From: Planctomycetota bacterium
Lineage (GTDB): Bacteria; Planctomycetota; UBA1135; UBA2386
NCBI GenBank assembly: GCA_947501605.1
Contig: CANMWZ010000005.1
Span: forward strand, 91,784-155,783
Length of the DNA stretch: 64,000 nucleotides
Reading direction: 5' to 3'
Made by a program: the position numbers and the translations under genes. The notes beneath the pieces are model-generated. The model was given only the letters and a program-made list of their open reading frames with translations. It had not been told where the DNA came from and did not search any database. The stretch's first letter is position 1. The number at the start of each line of letters is the position of its first letter. Shown here piece after piece: positions 50,671-60,428 of this stretch.

Positions 50671-51594
50671 ATGCGCGCGTACCGCTATCACCGCATCGAC
50701 GTGTTCACCGACCGGCCGTTTGGCGGCAACCCGCTGGCCGTGTTCCCGACCGCGAATCGGCTCAGCAAGGAGGAGATGCAGATGCTGGCGCGCGAGATGA
50801 ACCTCAGCGAGACCACGTTCGTGCTGCCGCCGACCAACAAGGAAGCCGTGGCCCGTGTGCGCATCTTCACCATCGACCGAGAACTGCCGCTCGCCGGTCA
50901 TCCTGTGGTGGGTACCGCGTTTGCCATGGCCCAGAACGGCATGCTGACGGTGCAAGAAGGGCGCAACCAGTTCGTGTTCGAGCTCGGTGCCGGGCTCGTG
51001 CCGGTGGAGATCGATGTGAAAGACGGCGCCGTCCAGAGCGTGTTCATGACGCAGCAGCCACCGAAGACCGGCGCGCAGATCACCGACGTGCGCGTACTGG
51101 CGGCGGCGTTGACCCTCGATCCGTCGGCCTTCGACCTCGGTTCGATGACCGCGCGCGTGGTCGATACCGGGATCCCGTGGCTGTTGATTCCGGTGCGCGA
51201 CATCCGCGCGTTGTCGCAGGTTCGGGCCGACTTCAAAGCCTGCAGCGAGCTGGCGAAGACGGTCGGCACCGACCTGTTCCATGCATTCACGCTCGACACT
51301 GGGGACCCTGATTGCGCCGTGCGCACTCGCCATGTCTGGTGGGGCACGGTGACGCCCGGTGAGGACCCCGTAACGGGTTCGGCGATCGGTTGCATTGCGG
51401 CGCACCTCGTTACCGAGGGTGTGCTGCTGGCTGCTCCTGAGGCCATCGTGCAGATCGAGCAGGGCCACGAGGTTGGCCGTCCGGGCAAAGTCACGGCGCG
51501 CATCGGCACGTCGAACGGCAAGGTGAAGCGCGTGCAGGTCGGCGGCAGCGCCGTACACGTCGGCAACGGCGAGGTCTGGATGCCGGACGCGTGA
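50671..51594 (+). CDS. PhzF family isomerase/epimerase
   Basis: DVFTDRPFGGNPLAV, REMNLSETTF, RIFT..ELPLAGHP, EDPVTGSA and EQG.EVGRP motifs. Confidence 0.93.
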   Translation: MRAYRYHRIDVFTDRPFGGNPLAVFPTANRLSKEEMQMLAREMNLSETTFVLPPTNKEAVARVRIFTIDRELPLAGHPVVGTAFAMAQNGMLTVQEGRNQFVFELGAGLVPVEIDVKDGAVQSVFMTQQPPKTGAQITDVRVLAAALTLDPSAFDLGSMTARVVDTGIPWLLIPVRDIRALSQVRADFKACSELAKTVGTDLFHAFTLDTGDPDCAVRTRHVWWGTVTPGEDPVTGSAIGCIAAHLVTEGVLLAAPEAIVQIEQGHEVGRPGKVTARIGTSNGKVKRVQVGGSAVHVGNGEVWMPDA

Positions 51595-51996
51595 CGACGC
51601 CCGCCGCTCGCGTTCCTCGATGCGTCCGCGCCGCCCTTCGGACAGCGAGTCGAAGCGCAGGATGGTGCGGCGCCCGGGGTCGGTGCCGCCGGCGATGAGG
51701 CAGCTACGGCCGCGGCCGCTGCGGCAGGGGATGCGAATGCCTGGCCGTAGCCAGCCACAGGCTACGGAGCCGCTCTGAGCCGATGTTCGGCTCGCGGTGA
51801 CGAAGGCGCCGCAGACTCTCAAGTCAGGCGAGTTCGGCAAGGTTGCGCTTGCCGTCGTTCGGGTGTGTTGGCGGCAAGCGCGCCTGCTGCCGCTACAGCT
51901 TGGTCTTGGTCGCCGAGGTCGCGACGAGCTACGACATCGCCAGCCCGTCGTTGTGGACCGAGCGCGCTGGTGGGCGACTGCCAGAACAGTTCCGGC

Positions 51997-52028
51997 CCCA
52001 GCAGGGCCGATCCCAGCAGGGCGATCCC
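51997..52028. repeat. Short imperfect tandem repeat (about 15-bp unit, 2 copies)
   Basis: CCCAGCAGGGCCGAT CCCAGCAGGGCGAT CCC, just downstream of the UDPGP stop. Confidence 0.6.
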
Positions 52029-52039
52029 GAGCGGCCGGT

Positions 52040-53173
52040 TCAGTTCGCGTCGTTGTCGCCGTCGGTGGCGTACATCTCGGCGATTTCGTCGCGCGCGGCG
52101 TCGAGTTCTTCTGGCGTCTTCACCGGCAGGAATCGCGAGTCGGTGCCACTGCGGCGGACCTTCAGGTAGTTGCTCGACAGCGTGCGCGTGACTTCGCCGA
52201 CAAGGTGCTCGACTTGCACGGCCTTGCGTCCTTCGACGGTCTTCTCGACGAAGTACCAGCCGAGATCGAATTCGCGTTCGAGTGCCGAGGCCGTGAACGT
52301 GAACGTGTTGCAGTTGAAGACGTCGACGATCTCATGGCGGAAATCGGGCGGGTAGCGCAACTGCTCGACCAACTGGACGCGGCCGTCCAGCAAGTAGGGT
52401 GCACCACCGACGTCTTCGGGCCACTTCGGCGCCACCTCGACGCTGACCTCGCAGTTGCTGGCGATGTGGTGACCGAGGATCTCCGGGTCGAGGCGCGCGC
52501 CGAGATTGTCGACGTTGCGCACCAGGATCCACTTGCCGCCGCCGTCGAGGAAGCGCCGCAGTAGCGACGAGGCGCGGAACGCCGACGGGAAATCGCCGTG
52601 CCCTGGGCCATAGGGCGACAGCTCGCCGCTCTGCGTGCGAAACAGCTGGCCGTTCTTCTCCATGCGCACGGAGACGAACTGCGTGAAGTGATGCACCTGG
52701 TCCTGATCGAGACCAAAGTTGTCGTGTTGCGCGAAGTGCGCCTTGGTCGCGTCGTCGGTGGCGTAACTGTTCATCAGGAACACCTGCACCTTGCCACCGT
52801 GCAGCCGCTGCGCCTTGTGCACATCGGCCATGACCAGCGACAAGAACGACTTGCCGCGGCCCAGCACATCGACGATGCCCTTGACCACGCCGCCGAATCG
52901 GGTGGCCATGCCGCCGTTGAGCACGACCATGCCCATCTCATTCTTGCTGATCGCCGCAGCGCCCTTGCGCCGCAGTTCGGCGCGCGCCTTGGTCGTGCTG
53001 CCGGGCAGCTCTTTGACCGTCTTGGGCGGTGGTGCGAGCAACTCGCCCTTCACGAGGTTGCCGGCTTTCGAGAGGCGCCCGGCGACGAGTTCTTGCTGCC
53101 ACTTGGCGAGCAAGGCGCGGTCAAAGCCGTAGCGGAGGAGCGGTGCGAACAGGGCGTCGGGAACGTCAGCCAC
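52040..53173 (-). CDS. UTP--glucose-1-phosphate uridylyltransferase family protein (UDPGP/eukaryote-type fold)
   Basis: LNGGMATRFG..VKG, LMNS..T, FTQ, GPGHGD, NVDNLGA, LVEQ, FNCN, QVE and RFLPVK motifs. Confidence 0.85.
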   Translation of the reverse strand: MADVPDALFAPLLRYGFDRALLAKWQQELVAGRLSKAGNLVKGELLAPPPKTVKELPGSTTKARAELRRKGAAAISKNEMGMVVLNGGMATRFGGVVKGIVDVLGRGKSFLSLVMADVHKAQRLHGGKVQVFLMNSYATDDATKAHFAQHDNFGLDQDQVHHFTQFVSVRMEKNGQLFRTQSGELSPYGPGHGDFPSAFRASSLLRRFLDGGGKWILVRNVDNLGARLDPEILGHHIASNCEVSVEVAPKWPEDVGGAPYLLDGRVQLVEQLRYPPDFRHEIVDVFNCNTFTFTASALEREFDLGWYFVEKTVEGRKAVQVEHLVGEVTRTLSSNYLKVRRSGTDSRFLPVKTPEELDAARDEIAEMYATDGDNDAN

Positions 53174-53259
53174 GGTGCAGAACCGTAGCGTGTGCTCCCG
53201 CCGCGCGCGAGCGCGGGCAGCGGGACACCCTCTTGGTCTGACGCCAACCCGGCCGTCGC

Positions 53260-55287
53260 ATGGACAAATCGCGCGCAGTCTCTACACCAGCCTTCGTGTC
53301 GTCTGGTCCTTCTTCCACTGCTGCGACGGCTGCGGCGGCCGCTCTGCCCGAGCGCAAGCTCGCGCCACTTGGGTCCGTCCAGCAGCTCTTTGGCATCGGC
53401 GAGACGACGCGCATCCGCCTGGCTGCGTCGGGACTGGTTGCGATTGCCGACCTGCTGGCGTGGTTTCCGCGCCGCTACTGCGAACTGGTGGAGCTGAACG
53501 CGCCCACGCCGGTCGCCGTCGGGCAGATGGTCCGGCTCCACGGGACCGTGCAAAGCGTGCGCCGCGCCTGGCTGCCGGGTCGGCGCGCCATGGTGACGAT
53601 CGAGTTCGCAGCTGGCGACGGTACGCCGTTCTCGGCTGCCTTTTTCAACCAACCTTGGCTCGCGAAGGCCTACGTCGCCGGCAGTGAGCGCGTGCTCGAG
53701 GGCGTGCTCGAGCAGAAGGGCAAGCGCTTCTCGATCAGGCAACCGCGCGTGTTGGCGCCGGGTCCAGCGCTGCAGGGTGCCGTACAACTGCGCTACCGCG
53801 ACATCGAGGGTGTTACCAGCAAGAGGCTGCAAGGGTGGCTTGCCGAGGCCCTCGAACACACCGACTGGGAGGCGTTGTCGCTGCCGCCGCTTCCTCGTGG
53901 TCTGCACCAGCACGACGCCAGCGTGCGCGACATGTTCTTCGCGATGCACCGTCCGCAAACTGTGGCCGAACACGAGCGGGCGCGAACGCATTTTGCCGTG
54001 CGCGAGGCGGTAGCCCTGTTCAGCAAGGTCGCGGCCGCACGCGCTCGCCGCCAGGGCCGCGCCGCGGCTGCGTTCGTCGTCGATGACGCGGTCGCCGCTC
54101 GCATTCGCGCGCGGCTGCCGTTCGCTTTGACCGAGGATCAGGACGCTGCCGTCCGTTCCGTGTGGCGGCGGCTCGCCGGGCCCGCACCCATGGGCGTGCT
54201 GCTGCAGGGCGATGTGGGCACGGGCAAGACGGCTGTGGCGGTCGCGGCAGCAATGGCGGTCGTCGCGCGCGGCGCGCAGGTTGCGTTCTTGGCTCCGACC
54301 GAACTGCTGGCCGAACAGCACTGCCGGCTCGTGTCCGGCTGGTTGGAGGGCAGCGGCGTCGACGTGCAGTTGCTGACCGGTAGCCTCGATGCGCGCACGC
54401 GCAAGGTGCTGGCGGCAACGATGCAGCAGAAGGGGCCGCGCATCTGGTTCGGCACGCATGCGCTGCTGTCGGCCGACGCGAACTTCGTGCGACTGGGCCT
54501 CGTCATCGTTGACGAACAGCACCGGTTTGGCGTCGAGCAACGCATGCAGCTGGTCGGCAAGGGCAAGGACCCGCACGTGCTGGTGATGACGGCGACGCCG
54601 ATCCCGCGCACGCTCGCGCTTGCTATGTTCGGCGACCTGGACCTGATGACGCTGCGCCATCGGCCGGGCGGTCGTTCGCTGCCGCGCGCGGTGCACCAGG
54701 ACACGGCGCGCTGGCCGCGAGTGCAACGTTCGATCGCGCGCGCCGTGCGCCGCGGCGGCCGCGTCTACGTCGTCTGTCCAACGGTCGGTGAAGACGGCGA
54801 GAAGGGCGGCGCCGTGCTGTTGCATCAAGTGCTGAAGCGCGACTTCCGCTGCCGTCTCGTGCACGGCCGTATGGACAGAAAGGAGCAGCAGGATGCGGTC
54901 TCGGCCTTTCGCCGTGGCGACTGCGACGTGCTCGTCGGCACCACGGTGCTCGAGGTCGGTGTGGACGTCCCGGCTGCGACCTTGATGGTCATCGTGCAAG
55001 CGGATCGGTTCGGCCTCGCGACCTTGCACCAGTTGCGCGGTCGCGTCGGTCGTTCGGCGCGGCGTGGACTCTGCATCGCTTGCGGCCCGAAGTGCGAGCG
55101 AACCGATGCGCTCTGTACCACGACCGACGGTTTTGAACTCGCCGAAATCGATCTGCGGTTGCGCGGCAGCGGCGAACTGCTCGGCACGCAGCAAAGTGGC
55201 TTCTCGGACCTTCGCGCCCTCGATCCGGTCGAGGACTTCGAGTTGCTGCGAACTGTGCGCGCCGCCGTGTCGCCGGAGGAGTCGTGA
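53260..55287 (+). CDS. recG: ATP-dependent DNA helicase RecG
   Basis: DLL..FPRRY, FFNQPW, LQGDVGTGKT, APTELLAEQH, DEQHRFGV, MTATPIPRTL, TTVLEVGVD, LHQLRGRVGR and DGFELAEIDL.LRG.GE motifs. True start may be slightly downstream. Confidence 0.95.
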   Translation: MDKSRAVSTPAFVSSGPSSTAATAAAAALPERKLAPLGSVQQLFGIGETTRIRLAASGLVAIADLLAWFPRRYCELVELNAPTPVAVGQMVRLHGTVQSVRRAWLPGRRAMVTIEFAAGDGTPFSAAFFNQPWLAKAYVAGSERVLEGVLEQKGKRFSIRQPRVLAPGPALQGAVQLRYRDIEGVTSKRLQGWLAEALEHTDWEALSLPPLPRGLHQHDASVRDMFFAMHRPQTVAEHERARTHFAVREAVALFSKVAAARARRQGRAAAAFVVDDAVAARIRARLPFALTEDQDAAVRSVWRRLAGPAPMGVLLQGDVGTGKTAVAVAAAMAVVARGAQVAFLAPTELLAEQHCRLVSGWLEGSGVDVQLLTGSLDARTRKVLAATMQQKGPRIWFGTHALLSADANFVRLGLVIVDEQHRFGVEQRMQLVGKGKDPHVLVMTATPIPRTLALAMFGDLDLMTLRHRPGGRSLPRAVHQDTARWPRVQRSIARAVRRGGRVYVVCPTVGEDGEKGGAVLLHQVLKRDFRCRLVHGRMDRKEQQDAVSAFRRGDCDVLVGTTVLEVGVDVPAATLMVIVQADRFGLATLHQLRGRVGRSARRGLCIACGPKCERTDALCTTTDGFELAEIDLRLRGSGELLGTQQSGFSDLRALDPVEDFELLRTVRAAVSPEES

Positions 55288-55907
55288 GTGCCCCCCGTCC
55301 GATCACCGCAGCAGAAGCGCGCGAACTCGATCGCGATGCCACCGAACGGCTCGGCATGTTGACGATCGTGTTGATGGAAAACGCGAGCCGTGCCGTCGCC
55401 GAGGCTGCCCGGGCGCTCGGCGATCGCTACGTGATCCTGTGCGGGACCGGCAACAACGGTGGCGACGGGCTGGCGGCAGCGCGCCATCTCGGCAACGGTC
55501 GCTGCCGTGTGCACCTGCTTGCCGAGCCGGACGCGGCGCGGTCGCCGGACGCAGCGCTGCAGTTGCGCATCCTTCGCGCCGCCGGTTGGAACGTGGTGGT
55601 GGGGTCACTGCCCGATCCCGCTCTCCTCGGCGACGCTGTGGTGATCGACGCGTTGTTCGGCACCGGCCTCACGCGCTCGCTCGAGGGAGCGCCGCGCGCG
55701 TGGGTCGAGTTTGCCAACGCGTTGCCGGGGACCAAGCTCGCGGTCGACGTGCCGTCTGGACTTCACGCCGATACCGGTGTCGTGCTCGGTGCGGTGGTGC
55801 TGGCGGACGTCACGGTCACCTTCGAGGCCCAAAAGCTCGGCATGACGATCGGCGAGGGTCCTCGCTGCTGCGGTCGCGTGATCGTGGCCCCTCTCGGGTT
55901 GCCGTGA
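55284..55907 (+). CDS. nnrE: NAD(P)HX epimerase (YjeF N-terminal domain)
   Basis: LMENA, CGTGNNGGDGLAAARHL, IDALFGTG and AVDVPSG motifs. GTGA overlap with recG. Confidence 0.92.
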   Translation: MSAPRPITAAEARELDRDATERLGMLTIVLMENASRAVAEAARALGDRYVILCGTGNNGGDGLAAARHLGNGRCRVHLLAEPDAARSPDAALQLRILRAAGWNVVVGSLPDPALLGDAVVIDALFGTGLTRSLEGAPRAWVEFANALPGTKLAVDVPSGLHADTGVVLGAVVLADVTVTFEAQKLGMTIGEGPRCCGRVIVAPLGLP

Positions 55908-55923
55908 AGGGGGACCGTGGAAC

Positions 55924-56742
55924 TCAGCGGTTGAACCAGAACCGCGCGAGCATGGCAGCGAACTCGACCGGCCGTTCCATGGGCACCATGTGGCCCGCGC
56001 CGCCGATCACCTCGAGCGTCCCGTGGACGGCGGCGGTCGCCATTGCTGCTGCCTCACTGACGGGAGTCAGCACGTCGAGCGCGCCCACCGCGCAGAGCAC
56101 AGGAACGCGCAAACCCGCGAGCACGTGCATGCGCTCCTCGCGCCGACACATGCCGTCGAGGTCGGCGAGGATGGTCTCGACTGGCGTCGATTCGATCATC
56201 GTCTGCAGCCGCGCGCGCACCTCTGCCGGGGCGCTCTCGGCCACGAGCTTTGGCAGCATCTGGTCGGCAAGCCAGCGCCGGCCGTGCTGCACGACGTTCT
56301 GCGCCGCGATTCGCCGCGCTTCCTTGCCGGCGTCGGTGTCGGCCGTGGCCTTGGTGTCGACCAGCACCAACGAGCGCACGAGGGAAGGGTGTCGTTCGCA
56401 CAGCGAGAGCGCGGCGTAGCCGCCCATCGACAGTGCGACCAGGTCGACGGGGTCGTCGCTGATCGTGCGTGCGACCGCCGCCAGGTCATCGGCAAAGGTC
56501 GTCATCGCATGGGTCGCGTCCCCGGCCCAGGGCGAACGGCCGTGGCCACGAAGGTCGATGGCGGCGAGCGTGTGCGTCTTCTGAACGGAGCTGTGCATCA
56601 GGTCGAGCCACATGCGGTGGTCGAGCGGATAGCCGTGCACCAGCAGCGCGAGCGGAGCCTTGGTGGCGCCGTGCACCGCCGCGCCAGTGCAATGCACGAA
56701 TAGGCGGGCCTCACCGACTGCGATCTCGCGCGTTGCGATCAC
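55924..56742 (-). CDS. Alpha/beta hydrolase
   Basis: VHGYP, DLRGHGRS, ALSMGG nucleophile elbow, G..D and AGHM..ME.P motifs. The GTG start overlaps the upstream stop. Confidence 0.9.
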   Translation of the reverse strand: MIATREIAVGEARLFVHCTGAAVHGATKAPLALLVHGYPLDHRMWLDLMHSSVQKTHTLAAIDLRGHGRSPWAGDATHAMTTFADDLAAVARTISDDPVDLVALSMGGYAALSLCERHPSLVRSLVLVDTKATADTDAGKEARRIAAQNVVQHGRRWLADQMLPKLVAESAPAEVRARLQTMIESTPVETILADLDGMCRREERMHVLAGLRVPVLCAVGALDVLTPVSEAAAMATAAVHGTLEVIGGAGHMVPMERPVEFAAMLARFWFNR

Positions 56743-57911
56743 CCTTTCCTCCACACCAGCTTGGCAACGCACTCGACGTGGTAGGTCTGCGGGAACATGT
56801 CGAACGCGTGCACCGACTCGAGGTCGTAGCCGCCGGCAACGAGCTCCTTGAGGTCGCGCGCCAGGGTGTTGGGGTCGCACGAGACGTAGATCAAGCGCGG
56901 CGCCGCCAGCTCCAGCAGTTGCGGCAAGGCGCGCTTGGCGCCGACGCGCGGCGGGTCGATCAGCGCGACATCGGGCCGGAGCTTGTTGCTCTTCAAGAAC
57001 AGCTCCGTGGTCTGGCGGTGGTAATGCACGTTGTCGCAGTGGTTCTGCTTGACGTTGACGCGGCCGAGCGTCGCCGCGCGCCGCTCGTCTTCGACGCCGA
57101 CCACGCGCGCGAACTGCCGGCTCAACGGCAGCGTGAACAGGCCGACACCGGCGTAGAGGTCGAACGCGAGTTCGCCCTTCTCGCCCGCCACCGCGTGCTG
57201 GACGAGTTGATCGACCAGCAAGTGGTTGCCCTGGAAGAAGCTCTCCGGCTCGACGAAGTACGAGAAGCCGAGCACGCGGTGTTCGACGAGGTCTTTGCGG
57301 ATGCCCGGCAAGTCGGGAGCCCAGGAGGCGCCGCCGACGCCGCAGGCGCCTTCGATCTGGTGCACGCGCTCGCCCGCCGGGACGCGCTGCAGCGCCTCGC
57401 GCAGGCTCGATAGCGCCGACTCGAGTTCGGGTGCCAGCACCGGGCATTCTTCGATCTCGACCACGTTCTTGGTGAACGCGCGATGAAAGCCCATCTCGCG
57501 GCGATCGACCTTCAGCTGCGTGCGTGCGCGATAGCCCCATTCGGCGGCGTGGTGGATCGGTACGTCCTGGGTCCAGTCCAGGCCGCCGGTTCGGACCAGG
57601 GCGTCCTTGACGAAGGCCGCCTTCTGCCGCACCTGTTCTTGATAGTCGACGTGCTGGAAGTTGCAGCCTCCGCACTCGCCGAAGTGCTTGCATCGCGGCT
57701 TGCGGCGGTGCGCCGACGGTTCGAGGATTTCGACGAGCTGTGCCGTTGCGTGGCGCTTGTCGACCTCGGTGACTGTGACGCGCAGGCGATCGCCCGGTGC
57801 GCCGAACGGCACGAACACGGCGAAGCCGTCGTGGCGGGCGATGGCGAAACCGCCGAACGCGAGGCGCTCGACGGTGACGTCAACTGTGGTACCGATCTCT
57901 AGGGTTGTCAT
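56739..57911 (-). CDS. RNA (uracil-5) methyltransferase, RlmD/TrmA family with a TRAM domain
   Basis: TRAM domain, C.HF..CGGC Fe-S motif, SFFQGN, DLYAGVGLF, DPPRVG, YVSCDP.TLARD and DMFPQT.HVE motifs. Confidence 0.92.
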   Translation of the reverse strand: MTTLEIGTTVDVTVERLAFGGFAIARHDGFAVFVPFGAPGDRLRVTVTEVDKRHATAQLVEILEPSAHRRKPRCKHFGECGGCNFQHVDYQEQVRQKAAFVKDALVRTGGLDWTQDVPIHHAAEWGYRARTQLKVDRREMGFHRAFTKNVVEIEECPVLAPELESALSSLREALQRVPAGERVHQIEGACGVGGASWAPDLPGIRKDLVEHRVLGFSYFVEPESFFQGNHLLVDQLVQHAVAGEKGELAFDLYAGVGLFTLPLSRQFARVVGVEDERRAATLGRVNVKQNHCDNVHYHRQTTELFLKSNKLRPDVALIDPPRVGAKRALPQLLELAAPRLIYVSCDPNTLARDLKELVAGGYDLESVHAFDMFPQTYHVECVAKLVWRKG

Positions 57912-57951
57912 CGTGGCGAGCTGCGCACCATACCGGCGTCGTGGCGGGCCG

Positions 57952-58902
57952 TCACTGTGCGCGTGCTTGCAGCCACAGGCCGGCGGATACACCCGCAAAG
58001 GCAACACCAAAGCGCCAGTCCGGCAGTGGCTGACCGAGTGCGGTGGCCACGACGACGGCGACCAGCGGTTGCACGTTGATGTAGAGCGCCACTTGCGAAC
58101 TACGCGTGTGCCGCAGCGCCCAAGTGTTGAGCAGGTAGGTCGTCACCGTGGCGAACAGGATGCCGTAGAGCGCGTACCACAGCGTCGGCGGTTCCAGGCA
58201 GGCGCTGACGTTGGCCATAGTCATCGCGCTGCCGCCGTAGATCGGCACGATCAGGATCGCGAACGCAAACATCACACCGGTCGTGCGCAGCGGATCGAGG
58301 CCCGCGCCGACTCGGCGCATCAGGATCAGGTGCAAGGCGAAGGCGACGCCGTTGAGCAAGGTCAACACGTCGCCGAGCGCCTGCTCGGGCGACAGGCCGG
58401 TGCCAGACGTGATCTGCTCATCGAGGCGCAACAAGCAGGCGACGCCAGCAAGCGCTAGCGCCACCGCCACGAGCTTGCGCGGCGACAACCGTTCTTGGCC
58501 GAAGGCTGCGGCCAGCAGCAGCGTCCAGACCGGGATGCACGCGTTGATGATCGCCGAGTGGTCGGGTGTGGTGAGGGCCATACCCTCGGTGAACAGAACC
58601 TGGTTGAGCACCACTCCGAGCAGGGCCGCGAGCGCGAGTGCTGGCAACGAGCGCAACGGCACGCGACCTCGGCCCAGGCCGAATGCGATCGGCACCAGCA
58701 GCACGGCCGCGGCGGCGATGCGGAACACGACCCAGGCCGACGCTGGCACGTTCGCCAGCAGCTGCTTGGTGAAGACGTAGTTCGCGCCAAACAGGATCGA
58801 GACGGTCAGTAGCGCGAGATGGACGCGGCGGGGGGACGGTGCCAAGGGTGCGGCATCGTGACTGCGAGCGGGTCCGATGCAAGCAGACGCGCAGTGCGGC
58901 AT
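57952..58902 (-). CDS. DMT/EamA family transporter
   Basis: About 10 hydrophobic helices in two EamA repeats (FG.NY, VFR, QERL, GD.L, YINVQP). Start uncertain. Confidence 0.88.
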   Translation of the reverse strand: MPHCASACIGPARSHDAAPLAPSPRRVHLALLTVSILFGANYVFTKQLLANVPASAWVVFRIAAAAVLLVPIAFGLGRGRVPLRSLPALALAALLGVVLNQVLFTEGMALTTPDHSAIINACIPVWTLLLAAAFGQERLSPRKLVAVALALAGVACLLRLDEQITSGTGLSPEQALGDVLTLLNGVAFALHLILMRRVGAGLDPLRTTGVMFAFAILIVPIYGGSAMTMANVSACLEPPTLWYALYGILFATVTTYLLNTWALRHTRSSQVALYINVQPLVAVVVATALGQPLPDWRFGVAFAGVSAGLWLQARAQ

Positions 58903-58982
58903 ACGAACGCAACGACACCGACCGGCGGGGGCCGGTCGGTGTCGTTGTCAGCCGTCGCGTTGTTCGCGCCCCGGCGGCAGGG

Positions 58983-60041
58983 TTACGGCGGCAGGATGCT
59001 GAACTGGAACTGTTGCGAGACGCTGAACAGGCCGGTCTGCATGTTGAGCACCACCGAGCAACCGTACATCGTCAGGCCAATCAGAGCCGTGTCGTTGGGG
59101 ATCGTGAACCACTGCGACACGAACGTCGAGTTCGGCAGGATCGAGGTGTTGATCAGCACTTCCATCGGCAGGCCAATCGGGATCGACAGCGCGCCCGTGG
59201 GGGCCGGCAGAGTGACGATCGTCGGGCCCGGGTTTGGCGAGACCGCGAGGCAGCCAGCGCAGCCTGGCGCGGCCGTCATCGTGAACTTCACGGTGCAGCC
59301 GATGCGCGGCGTGCCGGTCATGAACGCGGATGGGCTGCAGGACGGCGCGTTGCTGAGGCAGCCCGAGGAGCCACCGCAAGCATCGAGGTTGAAGTGCGCG
59401 GCCGTGTTGACGTTCTTGCCGGCGGCGTTCGTGATCGAAAAGGCGTTGGCGAACGTGCTCGCATTGAGTGTCGCGCCGGTTGCCGGCGTAACCGCGAATT
59501 GGAACGTCACTGGACCGAGGATCTCCGAGCCCGGCGGGACCGCGAGCGTGTCCGCCAGCGGGTTGGCGATGCCGTTGCTGGGGTTGCCGAACAGGCACGC
59601 GTTGAAGCGGCCGAAGGGATGCACGAAGTTCGGGTTCGGCAGTGCTTGTAGGTCCGAGTCAAACGTCAGCGTCCAGCCTGGCTGCGTTGCACCCGCGGCC
59701 GACTGGCCGGTCAGGGCGATCGCGTTGACCGCGCCCACCGGGACGTTGAAGTAGAGGCTGGTCATCACCGGATTGACGACCCCGGTCGTGACCGGCGACG
59801 TGTTGTCGACGGCGAGGGTCAGCGTGGTCGTGGCCGCGTTGTAGGTGAACTGCACCGAGGCGCTCGCTTGGGTGATGCCGTCACACAGGGTGGGCGGGTT
59901 GAACGCGCCGCAGGAGGTGAGGCCGCCGGGGCCGCCGATCAGGCGTGTCGCGGTGGTCGTTTGCGCTGCGGCAAACGAGCCTAGAATCATCGCCGCAAGG
60001 GGGGCGACGAACAGAGTTCTGCAAAGAGCATGGGAGGTCAT
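58983..60041 (-). CDS. Secreted Cys/Thr/Asn-rich hypothetical protein
   Basis: Signal peptide ending FAAA-Q, a beta-rich core, several Cys pairs, and a C-terminal IPNDTALIGLTMY...VSQQFQFSI segment. Confidence 0.8.
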   Translation of the reverse strand: MTSHALCRTLFVAPLAAMILGSFAAAQTTTATRLIGGPGGLTSCGAFNPPTLCDGITQASASVQFTYNAATTTLTLAVDNTSPVTTGVVNPVMTSLYFNVPVGAVNAIALTGQSAAGATQPGWTLTFDSDLQALPNPNFVHPFGRFNACLFGNPSNGIANPLADTLAVPPGSEILGPVTFQFAVTPATGATLNASTFANAFSITNAAGKNVNTAAHFNLDACGGSSGCLSNAPSCSPSAFMTGTPRIGCTVKFTMTAAPGCAGCLAVSPNPGPTIVTLPAPTGALSIPIGLPMEVLINTSILPNSTFVSQWFTIPNDTALIGLTMYGCSVVLNMQTGLFSVSQQFQFSILPP

Positions 60042-60428
60042 CGGAGTCCTGGAGCGCCGGGCCGGGGGAGGCCGCTGGGCATACGTTTGGAGCGGGGTAG
60101 GGGCGCAGAGCCCCGCTTGCCCCGCAGCGGCATCAGCACCATCCGTGCCGCCCGAGGCCCAGAAACCTAGCCCACGTCTCAGACTGGGGCTGGCGCGCAT
60201 CCCGCGGTGTTGCTGGCACTGCCGTTGTCATCGGCGCTGCCGAGAACGAGTTTTTTGCCCCGGGGTAGATGGGCCTGGCGACGGTGACTTTCGCTCGCCG
60301 TCTCGCCTCTTGTGGACGGCAGGGGCTATCATGCCCCCCCTCGCCGCCGGCCGGCGGCACCGATTCGACTGTTGGGCACCCCTCCGCGCAGTCGTCACCC
60401 CTCCGGTGCAACGGCCGGTTCCAATCTC

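Noticed and set aside
50671..51594. Phenazine biosynthesis cluster
   Set aside because: Only a lone PhzF-family gene is present, with no phzA/B/D/E/G neighbours. Stand-alone members are common.
56743..57693. Apparent 589-aa ORF fusing upstream sequence to the alpha/beta hydrolase
   Set aside because: The upstream part is an alternative frame of the RlmD-like gene. The real start is the GTG overlapping its stop.
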